Under the pieces are notes generated by a model. It was given only the letters and a program-made list of their open reading frames with translations. It searched no databases and was not told the DNA's origin. A program made the position numbers and the translations under genes. Shown here one piece after another: positions 24,881 to 35,216 of a stretch of DNA of 64,000 bases. How positions within the stretch are numbered: the stretch's first letter is position 1; every line of letters starts with the position of its first letter. This DNA comes from Bacteroidaceae bacterium (GTDB taxonomy: Bacteria; Bacteroidota; Bacteroidia; Bacteroidales; Bacteroidaceae), in assembly GCA_017651245.1 (NCBI GenBank), contig JAGCDQ010000024.1, positions 15,516 to 79,515 on the forward strand, in the 5' to 3' direction.

Positions 24881-27800
24881 TTATTTCACATAAATCTTGT
24901 AGCTCTTGCCATCCTTTACCACGATGTTCAAGCCCTTCTGGAGAGCATCAACTTGGATGCCAGCAGAATTGTAAATAGCATCGTGGTCACCATCGGTGAG
25001 TACCTCAACAGCCTCAATGGCTGTAGCTTCTGCGTCTTCTGTGCTGAAGAAGAATCCTCTTGCTTGAGGGCCTTCTGAACCATGCAGAGTAAGGCTCAGG
25101 TACGCCTTGTACTGCATGTTGTATGATGGTGCATCTCCTCCCTCTGCTGTTGTTGGTCCATTGTTACCCTTGTCAACAGGATAAAACGCTACCTTCGATC
25201 CAACATTGGAAAGGAGATAAATATCATCGTCGGGGTAATCAGAGAAGTTCATATTCTCTTCATACACACCAAAGAGCAGACCTGCGTGAGGTTCTTTATC
25301 ATAGTTAGCTATTTCTATGAATGTTTCGTTCACATCTTTTTCGGAGTAGAGCACCACAGGAGTATTGGCAGGAATAGTGGTATTCACTTCTGTCAGGTCA
25401 AGCGTTCGTTTTGCCGGATCTAATACGCCATCCACTGTGTATGCGGTCACACCCTCAGGAATATCTACGTCGAATGGGGTACAGAAAGTTGCCCACTTGT
25501 ACTCGGCATTGACAACCATAGGAACCTTAACAGGACTCTCTATTTTTACGGTTATCGGTCCAGCGCCAGCATTAGCAAGACCAACATATTTTATGAACAA
25601 CTGAGCATTGTTCGCAGAAGGTTGAACACTTGCAATCACCGTTTCACCCTTTGACAACTTGGTTCCACTCATGGAATAACCCACGATACGGGTGATGCCA
25701 TTCTTACTGTTGCTACGACAAGTGAAGCCCATCTGTTCCAGTTGCTCATTGAAAGCTGGTGCATCAGCATTGCAGAGCGTCAGTTCAAAGGCAGCTATAG
25801 GAGTCTTTGTGTCAATCCACAGTTGCCCCTGTTTGATATAGACGCTGGCATCTGTCTCTTGAGATTCCTCCTCATCTCCCGTTCCATCACCACCTGCTTC
25901 ATCATCAATCGTAAGAAGAATGTCAGACATTTTCTCTACATCCTGCACATCAATCGTCTTATCAGGTAACAGATCCGCCACTGCGTAATTGAACGGATTG
26001 GTCGTGTAATCCTCCGAGGTATAATTGATGATGGTCTGGAGATCCAGCACATTGACAGCACCATCATAGTTGACGTCATTAGAGTCGAACTCAATTTTCA
26101 TGCTGAAAGTACTGCCTTCTGGCTGAGATGCAGCATCCACAACTGCCACATTAAGGACTTCGCCACTCTTTCCATAATAGCCTTCCTTTGATGTCACGTC
26201 AGGGATGGTTAATACCCCATCCTGACAAGTCATCTGAAGCGTCCATGACTGATCCTTTGTCGTACAAAGCAAATTGATGTTGTCCGAATAGGTTTGCTGC
26301 GCATGGTCGTAAAGCAGGATATTGGGCACTTGAGTCATCAAAGCCTCCGCTGTCAGATTGTTCGGATGCAGGCTCACAGTTTTATTAATCTGCTGATTGT
26401 CCAAATTCAAGTCTGTAACCGTCGAGGCAATCTTCGGAGAGACTTCTTCCAGCTGATTACCCTGAGCATTCAGCGACTCGAGATGTGGGAAATACTGCGC
26501 AAACAATCCGATGTTGCCCTGATACTTGCTATTCGACACATTCAGAGTCTTGACTGTCACTTCCTGTCCTGGATTTTCCTCCATGAAGGCTTTCATTGCC
26601 TGACCGATATCACCAGTCAGGTCATTATTACTCAAGTTCAGCGTTTCCAGACAATTAAGTTTCAGAAGCGTTGTAGGGAATGTTCCCGACAAGTTATTGC
26701 CTGACAGATTGATGCTCACCACACGACCGGCTCTCAATTGCACACCTGGCAAGTCCGAAACAGGACGCAACTCAGAATCAAAGTTCCAGGATTCAGTCCA
26801 ACCTTCACCATCTGCCATTTCCTGATAGGCATCCTTCAAAATCAGCCAATCAGCCTCGTTCACCCTCGGAGGAATAATATCTACCTTCCAATAGAAGAAA
26901 TTATCACTACGCGTCGTAGCCTCACCTTCTTCCTTCAGCTGATTACCTGCAGCATTAGTATTGGCAAAGAGATAAGGATAGGTACCGTCAGTAGCATTTC
27001 CTCCCAATACAGGAGTATATGGATTCACGATGGTTCCTCCGATGGCATCCCAGTCTATATTGGTGACACTGCTCATGTCTGAAGCCACCAACAAATAATA
27101 ATTACCATAAGTCTCCTCGTCAAGGGCGACCTCTGCACTTCCTGTATATTCCTCACCAGCGGCCAGCGTCTTGATATTGGCCTTTGTTGCCAGTAGCTGA
27201 CACTTGCTCTGGTTGGTACCGTAGTAAACATCTGGCACCAACCACAATCGGTCTTGCCAGCTCTTGCCTTCCGGCACATCAGCACCATCATTTCGTACAG
27301 TCCATTTTATCATCACCTTTTCTCCTGCCTGCAGGGAAGATGTCGCCTGCAAATCGTAAACATGCAGGTTAGGCAATAATCTGACAGAGAAATTCATGAT
27401 GTCACTGGCTATTTCCTGTGACTCATTACGAGCCACCACCTGCCATTTGTAATTGGTTTTATCCTGACAGAATTTCTGAGAGGTGTAACTCAAATCCGTT
27501 ATACCCACCGCTACAGGGGTTGTTGGACGTTGATTAACAGCGTTCCACAGATAAACATCATAGACAGCGTTCTTGATAGAATTCCACGACAAAGTGACAG
27601 TTGTTGTTTCCTGCACACTCTCATTCGTAGGCTGCAACGAAGTGAACTTACCTTCCAAAACAGGCTGTAACGTGATGGTATGTGTCGTTTCCCAGAACTT
27701 GGTTCCCTTATAGGTCGCCACAATATTATAAATAATGTGACAATCTGTAGCACTACCGCTCATTGCAGTCATAGAAGGGATATTGCCCGTACCAGTCTTC

Positions 27801-29896
27801 GGATAGTCTGTCGCCGTCTCCGTGTCGGATGTAGCAGTCCAAGTAAAGGTGAGGTCTGTGCTCACTGGAGCGAAATTCACCTCCGTTGTTGGAGAACCGC
27901 TACGTACAGTCTGTTCCTTCAGCTGATCCAGTTTCGTCGGATTGAAACCGATGCCCCATAGTTGAAGCATCACATTATCACACACCATGTTTTGTCCCCA
28001 GCTGATGAAGAGGTTCACGATGTCGTTATCAATGGTACCATTTTTCGTACCAAAGTTCAGCACAGGAGTACCTCCCTCACCATTCTTGTCGAAAGTCAAG
28101 GTATAGTCTCCGCTCGCCAATTGCAACTGAATGGAGGTTAACTTTTCCACATTCTCCTCTGTCAGAGCATAATCAAACATTGTGCCAGACTTAACATATA
28201 ACTTCAAGTCACCCGTGATGGGTTTTGCCGTCATATAGTTAAAGAGGTCTTGAGTAGAGGTAAAGTAGCGCACGCCCTTTACTTCTGTGTCGAGGAAGAA
28301 CACGCCATTGACCACCCATGTGCTCTCATCATTGATGAGCACTGTCATCTTGGCAACATCACTACCAGTCTCACCATTCACGGTCAAGGTCACATCATAG
28401 TTACCCGAAGCAGCATAAATGTGCAGCGGATTCTTTTCTGTACTGCTGGATCCATCACCAAAATCCCATTGATAGCTGAGAGCCTTTTCCGAAGAAAGGT
28501 TATTGAACTTCACACGCCCCTGCAGTTTCTCATAGACGAACTGAGCATAGAGACCATTCTCCTTAATGTCCTCAACGAAGATATAACCGCTACGGGTATT
28601 AATCACCTCTCTCGAACCATCCAGATTAATACGGGCAGCATTGGTCAGATCCACCAGATAGCTTTGATCTATTTCACAATCTGCACTGATGGTTACCGGC
28701 ACATCAAAGATTTTACCATTCTGTCCCGTCAGTTTATGTTCAGCTGTCAGATCAAAGCGATAGGCATTATTTTCAAGTGCCTCCACGGTCAAGTCATGAC
28801 CAGCTGCACGCTCTGCTTTCGTCGCACTTTCAGCATTGACAGTAAAGCCCTCCGGGAAGTGAACCACCACCGTTACACCATACACGTCCTCTGTGTTCTC
28901 GAAGAAGACAGGATAAGTGATGGTTTGACCACACTTACCATTCTCCGTCATGCCATAGATGCTCAGGTGCTTTGTCGTTGATTGTCCAGGTTCGTTGGGA
29001 TTGCCTGGATTGTACTCATAAACATAGTTGGCAGTCAGGGTCACATCCTTCGTAGGGATGGTCATGGTGTAGTCGCTACTGGTAGAGACTATCTCACCAT
29101 CAATTGTCCAGTTTTGGAAAGTGTACCACTGGTTGTTGTAAGCACGGAATCTCTGTTGTGTGCCCTCCTCAAACTGGTTACCGCTCTCTGGGTTGAAATA
29201 ACCACCACCAACAGGGTTTGCCATCAGATAGACACGATGGTAGATTTTCGGAACAGGGGGTTCACCTGGGCTGCCAGGAGTATAAGCGTAATTTGCCACC
29301 AAGCGGTTGGCATCCGCACCAGCCTGCATCACATAGTTGAAGACATTGGTTTCAGAAATAACTTCTCCATCCAGTGTCCAATTCACGAAAGTGAAATTCG
29401 CAGCAGGATTAGCTTGAACTCGCACCGAGGTTCCCACTTCATAACTGGTTCCTGTGGCAATGTTGAAACTGCCGCCATTCTCAGGTTTTGGCGTAAGCCA
29501 CAGATTGGAATAGACGGGCTTAGGGGGAAGGTTTGCCTCACTTGGCTCCGTTGGACTCGAAGGGGTATAACGATAATGTGCAATCAGCTTCACATTTCGG
29601 GCTGGCATTGTATATTGGAAACGGTTCACGGTGGAAATCACCTCATCATCCAGGGTCCAATTTACAAACGTGAAGTTGGAGGCGGTGTTGGCTTGAACCC
29701 AAAACGTTTCATCGGCAACATGGTTCGACGTCTCGTTCAGGTTGAAGCTGCCTCCCCCCGACGGGTCGGCCTCAAGGGTCAGAACATATTGTTGCGGCGC
29801 CCCTGGCTCGGCCGGATTCGAAGGATTGTATTGCCCCCACGTGCCGACACTCACAATGAGTGACAGCACGAAGAGTATATACTTGTAACTTCGCAT
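24881..29896 (-). CDS. Giant modular cell-surface protein (1671 aa) with a T9SS C-terminal sorting domain
   Basis: Signal peptide, then three ~95-aa tandem Listeria-Bacteroides (InlB B-repeat-like) modules (NFTFVNWTLDxEVIS). A PKD-like module (YQWDFGDGSSSTEKNPLHIYAASGNYDVTLTV), plant-type LRRs (LSGNNLSGTFPTTLLKLNCLETLNLSNNDLTGDI) and a dockerin-like EF-hand (DVNYDGAVNVLDLQTIINY) follow. The C-terminus AIYNSAGIQVDALQKGLNIVVKDGKSYKIYVK is typical of T9SS CTDs. Confidence 0.8.
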   Translation of the reverse strand: MRSYKYILFVLSLIVSVGTWGQYNPSNPAEPGAPQQYVLTLEADPSGGGSFNLNETSNHVADETFWVQANTASNFTFVNWTLDDEVISTVNRFQYTMPARNVKLIAHYRYTPSSPTEPSEANLPPKPVYSNLWLTPKPENGGSFNIATGTSYEVGTSVRVQANPAANFTFVNWTLDGEVISETNVFNYVMQAGADANRLVANYAYTPGSPGEPPVPKIYHRVYLMANPVGGGYFNPESGNQFEEGTQQRFRAYNNQWYTFQNWTIDGEIVSTSSDYTMTIPTKDVTLTANYVYEYNPGNPNEPGQSTTKHLSIYGMTENGKCGQTITYPVFFENTEDVYGVTVVVHFPEGFTVNAESATKAERAAGHDLTVEALENNAYRFDLTAEHKLTGQNGKIFDVPVTISADCEIDQSYLVDLTNAARINLDGSREVINTRSGYIFVEDIKENGLYAQFVYEKLQGRVKFNNLSSEKALSYQWDFGDGSSSTEKNPLHIYAASGNYDVTLTVNGETGSDVAKMTVLINDESTWVVNGVFFLDTEVKGVRYFTSTQDLFNYMTAKPITGDLKLYVKSGTMFDYALTEENVEKLTSIQLQLASGDYTLTFDKNGEGGTPVLNFGTKNGTIDNDIVNLFISWGQNMVCDNVMLQLWGIGFNPTKLDQLKEQTVRSGSPTTEVNFAPVSTDLTFTWTATSDTETATDYPKTGTGNIPSMTAMSGSATDCHIIYNIVATYKGTKFWETTHTITLQPVLEGKFTSLQPTNESVQETTTVTLSWNSIKNAVYDVYLWNAVNQRPTTPVAVGITDLSYTSQKFCQDKTNYKWQVVARNESQEIASDIMNFSVRLLPNLHVYDLQATSSLQAGEKVMIKWTVRNDGADVPEGKSWQDRLWLVPDVYYGTNQSKCQLLATKANIKTLAAGEEYTGSAEVALDEETYGNYYLLVASDMSSVTNIDWDAIGGTIVNPYTPVLGGNATDGTYPYLFANTNAAGNQLKEEGEATTRSDNFFYWKVDIIPPRVNEADWLILKDAYQEMADGEGWTESWNFDSELRPVSDLPGVQLRAGRVVSINLSGNNLSGTFPTTLLKLNCLETLNLSNNDLTGDIGQAMKAFMEENPGQEVTVKTLNVSNSKYQGNIGLFAQYFPHLESLNAQGNQLEEVSPKIASTVTDLNLDNQQINKTVSLHPNNLTAEALMTQVPNILLYDHAQQTYSDNINLLCTTKDQSWTLQMTCQDGVLTIPDVTSKEGYYGKSGEVLNVAVVDAASQPEGSTFSMKIEFDSNDVNYDGAVNVLDLQTIINYTSEDYTTNPFNYAVADLLPDKTIDVQDVEKMSDILLTIDDEAGGDGTGDEEESQETDASVYIKQGQLWIDTKTPIAAFELTLCNADAPAFNEQLEQMGFTCRSNSKNGITRIVGYSMSGTKLSKGETVIASVQPSANNAQLFIKYVGLANAGAGPITVKIESPVKVPMVVNAEYKWATFCTPFDVDIPEGVTAYTVDGVLDPAKRTLDLTEVNTTIPANTPVVLYSEKDVNETFIEIANYDKEPHAGLLFGVYEENMNFSDYPDDDIYLLSNVGSKVAFYPVDKGNNGPTTAEGGDAPSYNMQYKAYLSLTLHGSEGPQARGFFFSTEDAEATAIEAVEVLTDGDHDAIYNSAGIQVDALQKGLNIVVKDGKSYKIYVK
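28988..29830 (-). repeat. Three tandem ~95-aa protein-coding repeats (B-repeat modules) at the N-terminus of the 1671-aa protein
   Basis: aa 23-303. Each unit ends Y-x-Y-(T/N)-P-x-(S/N)-P-x-E-P and contains ...NFTFVNWTLD(D/G)EVIS... or ...YTFQNWTIDGEIVS... Confidence 0.8.
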
Positions 29897-29955
29897 AGTT
29901 ATTGACTTTTTAAGGATTTACAATTCATGATTAGGTTCGCATACTAGCTACTGGA

Positions 29956-32900
29956 TTAGTAGTACACAACCTTTCTCCCTTGCTGAATGAAGATACCCTT
30001 TTGAGGAACCTCCACCTTGCGTCCTTGCAAGTCGTAAATTGCATTATCAATCTCACCATTTTCATCTTCCACAGCCACGATTTCAGTAGCCTCATCATCA
30101 ATCATCTTGAAAGTCAGGACGAAGCGGCTCGCATCAACACCATCAGTGGCATCGCTCTGGAAAGTGTAGTCTTTCTCGGTCAAATCAACCGTAAGATCCT
30201 CCTCTGCGTCATACAGGAAAACCTGTCCGTCTGCACGGTCTGCCTTAATAGTGTAGCTAGCTGCCTTACCTGCATAGTATGCCAATGGTACACGACCGTC
30301 ACCCATTGGACGCTCATTGATAGCATAGCCATTATCTTCATCATCGATTGTGTAGAGTTGAGGAACATCGGCTTCGAAACTCATGAACTTGGCAGCATCG
30401 CAGCCAATCTCATAATCTAATGATGCTTCGTTATTGATTACCACGCGTGTTTCATCCTGCTGTTCACCGTTGGAGAGAGAAAGATTGAAGAGGAAGCGGG
30501 TGGTCTGTCCTACGCTACGAGCTCTCGCTGCATGTGCTGCAATCGAAGTGGTCAGCTGACGACCCTCCTTACGGAAGGCAATCTGGTCAACAGCATCAGG
30601 CTTCTGTACGAAGAACGACTGCATGGGTCGCAGTACAAACTCATCGTCTGCAATCGAATATGCCTTGTATGACGAACCGTTCCAAATCGTGATAGGTGCG
30701 GTGAAGTCCATGTAGTAGATGTCATAATAACATGGGAATGGGTTACCCACATAGTTCCACGAACGATTAGCCGTAGAGGTGGATTCGTTCACAACAAGTG
30801 GAAGCGTCACATCAGTTGTCCCGAACAATTTTGTCTTAGCAGCCTCATCAGCAGGGAAAGTAATTTCGCATGCCTTGTTGCAATGGAAGATGTAACCCTG
30901 ACCTCCAATGAGTTTTTCGGTGTCCACATTCTTCCAACTGCCGGAAGCGCCGTTGACTGCACGGTTCTGGGCATCATAATAACGGAACACATAAGAGGCA
31001 TCATTGCTAAAGGTGATATCAGCAATCGTCACATCATAGAGCGGTGTGAAGAAATACCACTTGTTGGCATCCACAGCAAACTTGGTGGTAACACCATCTG
31101 CTGTCATCTGTTCACATGTATTCACGAAACGACCAGGGTTCGTTTCATTGACATACATATCGAACTGAGCCATTGGCATTGGCGCACTTCCGCCCACCGT
31201 AAGTTGTCCACCATAATAGAGATCCACATCAGGCTTACCCGACATACGGCGGTTGTTGGTCAGCATCAGTGGAGAGGTTAATCTCCAATAATCCACATCG
31301 TCACCCTCTGTAATAGTGCCAAATTGATACCAATAGGTGTCAAGCTTGTAATTCACCACTGAGAAAGAAGGAACAATCAACGTGATATTTTTCTTGGCAT
31401 TGGCATTAGTCACAATATCATTACGAACTGCTGGAGGAGTTGCAGAACGCATCACAATCTCTTCAATCGTAGGACAATCTTGGAATACATTATCTAAGCC
31501 AGATGAAGCATTACCCCATTTATGGCTGTCCTCACCCCAATAATTATAACTGCTGACATAACTGTAACTTTCTGAATTCACGAAAGATGGCATTTCTGCA
31601 TGTTTCAGATTCTTTGATGCCTGGAAGGTTTGATGACCTAAAATTGCCAACTTGATAGGCAACTTGACAGATTCAAGTCCACAATTATAGAACGCTTGGA
31701 AATGAATTTCTTTAACTGTCTCTGGAATATCTATCTCACGCATAGCGGTACAGCTCTCGAAAGCATTTCTGTGGATAATTTCAGCATTAGCTGGTAAGTG
31801 CACGTCAACTAAAGCCGTACAATTGCGGCAAGCCATATCAGGAACATCGGTTAACGCATCGGAGAAATGAACTTTCTTCATGGATGTGTTATTATTGAAC
31901 ATATAATAACCAAGTTCCGTTACTGAATTTGGCATAATAAACTCTTTCAGTTGACCACAGTCAGCAAAAGCGCCATAACCGATAGTCTTCAACTTTGACA
32001 TATTGCCGAAATCAACACTTTGAAGAACTTTCAAATCTTGGAACGCATATCTATTAATGGTTTCAAGTTGTGAATCATCTGCAAATGTTACATCTGTGAG
32101 AGGTGTGCTAATAAATGCATTTTTACCGATGGTTTTCACCGTCGATGGGATGACTATACTACGTATGTTGGTTCCTCTGAACGCATATTCACCAATACGT
32201 GTGAAACCCTCTGGAAGAATAACACTGTTAATCAAAGTCTTTCCATCGAAAGCATAATCGGGAACCTCCGTAATCTGAGCACCACTCAAGTCAAGTGCTA
32301 TCAAGTTAGTCATATTTTTGATATCCGTCCAGTCTTCGGCATTCATCGGACCTGTCACCTTTAGGAATTCCACATCGGCAAGTACATCTGCCTGGCCGCT
32401 ATATAATGCTTCATATCCCAATGTACCCGCATAAGCAAGTTCCACATCAATCCAATTGTTAGATAATTCCACATCCTTCAACTGCGAAACGTATGCCGTA
32501 CCTGTATTCCACACAGAATCCACAATTTCCACGGTGTACTCACCAGGCTCAAGTCCAAAGGTCATACGATTATCAAATGCCTGTCTGTTGTATGCATAAT
32601 CCCACAGTACACCATTAACGATGAACTTTGTCTGATGATAGGAACCATTACCCGCATTACCATTGGGCTGCATACTCCGATAAAGGAATGTGAGCTTTGA
32701 CGTTTTGTCAACTGTAAATGTTGTAGTGATTCTGGATGTGGTATTGTTATAACCATAGTTACCACTCTGGATATAACCATCCTCAATGGTCCATGGATAG
32801 GTGTCATTGTTGACAAACTGGATCGGCAGGGAGTTCGCTGTCAGCACAGCTGTTTCCAATGGAGGAATCTCCCTGACCTTGATATTTCTCAAAGCACTTC

Positions 32901-33813
32901 GATTATCAGCGCGCTGATAATTGCCTATCGCATCATGGAAAGTGATTACATGGTCACCAGCCTCAATATAGAAACGCACTGTTTGCCATCCTCCACTATA
33001 GGTGCCAGCAAGCACGCCATCAATATAGATTTCCAATGGCTGGTGCTGCGAATAATTGTATGAATACCAATCGAACATGAGTTCTGTGCGATAGATGGAA
33101 CTATATTGCATCATAATTGTCGAAGTGGAGTTTGCCACCACGTTGTTTGTGGTTACAGCTTCCCCAAGGCCGTTAACCGCCCATGGATAGTCACCATCGT
33201 TGGTGAATTTCACTGGCACATCATTCTTGATCACGGCATCGCTCAAGTCTCTGCCATAGAGACCGAAATCCATCAGAGCCATACCACCACCTGTATCATT
33301 CACATAGACAGACAACACGTTTTCACCTTTCTTCAAGGCTTTCAGTGCATTTCCCTCCAAGAGAACCGTGTTATAATTGGGTTGCTTTGTCGCAGAGTTA
33401 CTAGTATAAATCTGAACACCATTCAAATAGGCAGTACACTTATCGTCGTGAGCAGCGTAGAACACATAGCCATCGTGATTCAATTCGCTGACCGTAAAAT
33501 GACGACGCACCCAATAAGAAGATTTCTCAGCCTTCCACGTTGTTCCGATAAACGACAGGGGAGGATAGCTTTCCCATTGTTCTGTAAAACTGATAGGACC
33601 CTGAACGGTTTCCCACTGGGAATCATCGAATTCTTCGGCATACCAGTCTGCAGCCGGACCCGCCTCACTGTTAAGGGCATAAAAATACTTGGCTTGCCAA
33701 GTTTGGTTGGAGAACTGACCATAAGGCACAATCGCCTCATCAGCATTTGCGACGACACTTCCTGTCATGACAAGAAGAACGAACGCGATAGCAGAGAGAA
33801 AAAGTTTTTTCAT
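29956..33813 (-). CDS. Giant BspA-type leucine-rich-repeat surface protein (1285 aa) with a T9SS C-terminal sorting domain
   Basis: Signal peptide. BspA-like LRR block (AFDGKTLINSVILPEGFTRIGEYAFRGTNIRSIVIPSTVKTIGKNAFISTPLTDVTFAD...). N-terminal jelly-roll / carbohydrate-binding-like regions. C-terminal NAIYDLQGRKVEVPQKGIFIQQGRKVVYY is typical of T9SS CTDs. Confidence 0.8.
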   Translation of the reverse strand: MKKLFLSAIAFVLLVMTGSVVANADEAIVPYGQFSNQTWQAKYFYALNSEAGPAADWYAEEFDDSQWETVQGPISFTEQWESYPPLSFIGTTWKAEKSSYWVRRHFTVSELNHDGYVFYAAHDDKCTAYLNGVQIYTSNSATKQPNYNTVLLEGNALKALKKGENVLSVYVNDTGGGMALMDFGLYGRDLSDAVIKNDVPVKFTNDGDYPWAVNGLGEAVTTNNVVANSTSTIMMQYSSIYRTELMFDWYSYNYSQHQPLEIYIDGVLAGTYSGGWQTVRFYIEAGDHVITFHDAIGNYQRADNRSALRNIKVREIPPLETAVLTANSLPIQFVNNDTYPWTIEDGYIQSGNYGYNNTTSRITTTFTVDKTSKLTFLYRSMQPNGNAGNGSYHQTKFIVNGVLWDYAYNRQAFDNRMTFGLEPGEYTVEIVDSVWNTGTAYVSQLKDVELSNNWIDVELAYAGTLGYEALYSGQADVLADVEFLKVTGPMNAEDWTDIKNMTNLIALDLSGAQITEVPDYAFDGKTLINSVILPEGFTRIGEYAFRGTNIRSIVIPSTVKTIGKNAFISTPLTDVTFADDSQLETINRYAFQDLKVLQSVDFGNMSKLKTIGYGAFADCGQLKEFIMPNSVTELGYYMFNNNTSMKKVHFSDALTDVPDMACRNCTALVDVHLPANAEIIHRNAFESCTAMREIDIPETVKEIHFQAFYNCGLESVKLPIKLAILGHQTFQASKNLKHAEMPSFVNSESYSYVSSYNYWGEDSHKWGNASSGLDNVFQDCPTIEEIVMRSATPPAVRNDIVTNANAKKNITLIVPSFSVVNYKLDTYWYQFGTITEGDDVDYWRLTSPLMLTNNRRMSGKPDVDLYYGGQLTVGGSAPMPMAQFDMYVNETNPGRFVNTCEQMTADGVTTKFAVDANKWYFFTPLYDVTIADITFSNDASYVFRYYDAQNRAVNGASGSWKNVDTEKLIGGQGYIFHCNKACEITFPADEAAKTKLFGTTDVTLPLVVNESTSTANRSWNYVGNPFPCYYDIYYMDFTAPITIWNGSSYKAYSIADDEFVLRPMQSFFVQKPDAVDQIAFRKEGRQLTTSIAAHAARARSVGQTTRFLFNLSLSNGEQQDETRVVINNEASLDYEIGCDAAKFMSFEADVPQLYTIDDEDNGYAINERPMGDGRVPLAYYAGKAASYTIKADRADGQVFLYDAEEDLTVDLTEKDYTFQSDATDGVDASRFVLTFKMIDDEATEIVAVEDENGEIDNAIYDLQGRKVEVPQKGIFIQQGRKVVYY

Positions 33814-33864
33814 GTTTTTGTTAGGTTTTAGTGTTATAAAAAAATAATAAATACATTAATGGGG

Positions 33865-33872
33865 CAAAGTTA
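33865..33872 (-). promoter_or_regulatory. -7 promoter box (TAACTTTG) for the giant surface-protein operon
   Basis: The reverse complement of caaagtta, 52 nt upstream of ATG 33813. Confidence 0.5.
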
Positions 33873-33915
33873 AAAAATAATATGCCTTTTGGTGTTTCAT
33901 TATCCAAGAAAGAGA

Positions 33916-33975
33916 GTCTCATTTTCACAGAATCTCCCTTTCTTCATGCGCCGCCACTGTCTCATTTTCACAGAA
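33916..33975. promoter_or_regulatory. Two exact 17-nt direct repeats (GTCTCATTTTCACAGAA) in the divergent AraC / surface-protein promoter region; candidate operator
   Basis: Copies at 33916-33932 and 33959-33975, 43 nt apart start to start (about 4 helical turns). They lie 45-110 nt upstream of the minus-strand promoter box. Confidence 0.5.
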
Positions 33976-34033
33976 AAAGGAAAAATAAGACGATTATTAA
34001 GACAAAATTCCTTCATATTGAACAAAAATATGC

Positions 34034-34041
34034 TACCTTTG
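34034..34041 (+). promoter_or_regulatory. -7 promoter box (TACCTTTG) for the AraC-family regulator
   Basis: TACCTTTGCA ends 4 nt before GTG 34046. Confidence 0.5.
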
Positions 34042-34045
34042 CAAC

Positions 34046-35209
34046 GTGATTAAAACACTTATCATATCACTGCCGATGCTTGTGTGCATCTTTTGGTCAG
34101 CATTGCTGCTTTTGGACTGGTGGGAACAACGTACCCGAGCCAAAGCGCGACTGCTGTTTTTCATGATTGCGGCAACCGCACTTTATGGCGGGCATTTCAT
34201 ATTCTTTAATCACTATTACGAACTCTTTCCTTTCTCAGACACCATCTATTGCATGGCAAACTTGGCTGTGTTCCCCTTATATTATTTATATATTAAGGAG
34301 GTGACGGAAGAATCGTGGCAAAAGCATTGGCAGGTGACACTCATGTTGCCTGCCCTGCTGATAGGCGTAGCCGTAGGAACCCTCTACTTCTTAATGGACA
34401 GTCAGGAAACACAGATGTTCATTGATTCTTTCATTTACAAAGGTAGCCAAGAAGGTCTCAGTAGTCTCGCTACAGCTCAGGCCATCCTGCATATCTGCGT
34501 GAAAATTATTTTCGCCATACAGATTCCGCCCATTCTGGTGAAAGGATTTCAGAAAATCAAACGCTACGACAAGAAAGTGGAGACCAACTATGCAGATACC
34601 TATCTTCGCAAGATGTATATGGTCAAAACCATCTTGGTATTGTTCGTTGCAGCATCCGTCATCAGTTTCATCGCCAATATCCTGGGCAGATCTTTCTTCG
34701 ACACCCTTCCTTGGCTCGTGCTCATTCCCTCAGCGACTTTTTCAACTTTACTTTTTTTGCTGGGACATGCTGGACACAAACAGAACTTCACCATTGAAGA
34801 CTTCATGCGCGACAACACTACCGCATTACAGGATAGCCTTCCCGAGCTCCAAACCGCTGAAGAGAAGAAAAACAGCATCGACAAGTTGAAGGAGGAAATC
34901 GAGAGAGTCATTGAACAGGAACAAATGTTCTTGCAGCAAGATTTGAAGATCAACGATGTGGCGATGCGGCTGAATACCAACCGCGACTATATCTACCAAG
35001 CCATCAATGTGAGAATGGGCTTGTCATTCTCTGAATACATTAATCGTTTGCGCATCAACTATGCCATTCAGTTGATGGAGAAGAACCCCGAGATGACTTC
35101 TGTCGACATCGCTTTCCGCTCCGGATTCTCCTCCAGAGCTTCTTTCTACAGGAACTTCAAGCTCTATCAGAATTGTCCTCCCCTCACCTATCGGCAACAA
35201 AACAAATAG
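34046..35209 (+). CDS. Membrane-anchored AraC/XylS-family transcriptional regulator
   Basis: N-terminal ~230 aa with about 6 predicted TM segments. C-terminal AraC HTH (DVAMRLNTNRDYIYQAINVRMGLSFSEYINRLRINYAIQLM...IAFRSGFSSRASFYRNFK). The start is either GTG 34046 or ATG 34076. The promoter box ends at 34041, so the start is uncertain. Confidence 0.8.
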   Translation: MIKTLIISLPMLVCIFWSALLLLDWWEQRTRAKARLLFFMIAATALYGGHFIFFNHYYELFPFSDTIYCMANLAVFPLYYLYIKEVTEESWQKHWQVTLMLPALLIGVAVGTLYFLMDSQETQMFIDSFIYKGSQEGLSSLATAQAILHICVKIIFAIQIPPILVKGFQKIKRYDKKVETNYADTYLRKMYMVKTILVLFVAASVISFIANILGRSFFDTLPWLVLIPSATFSTLLFLLGHAGHKQNFTIEDFMRDNTTALQDSLPELQTAEEKKNSIDKLKEEIERVIEQEQMFLQQDLKINDVAMRLNTNRDYIYQAINVRMGLSFSEYINRLRINYAIQLMEKNPEMTSVDIAFRSGFSSRASFYRNFKLYQNCPPLTYRQQNK

Positions 35210-35216
35210 GACGCAC

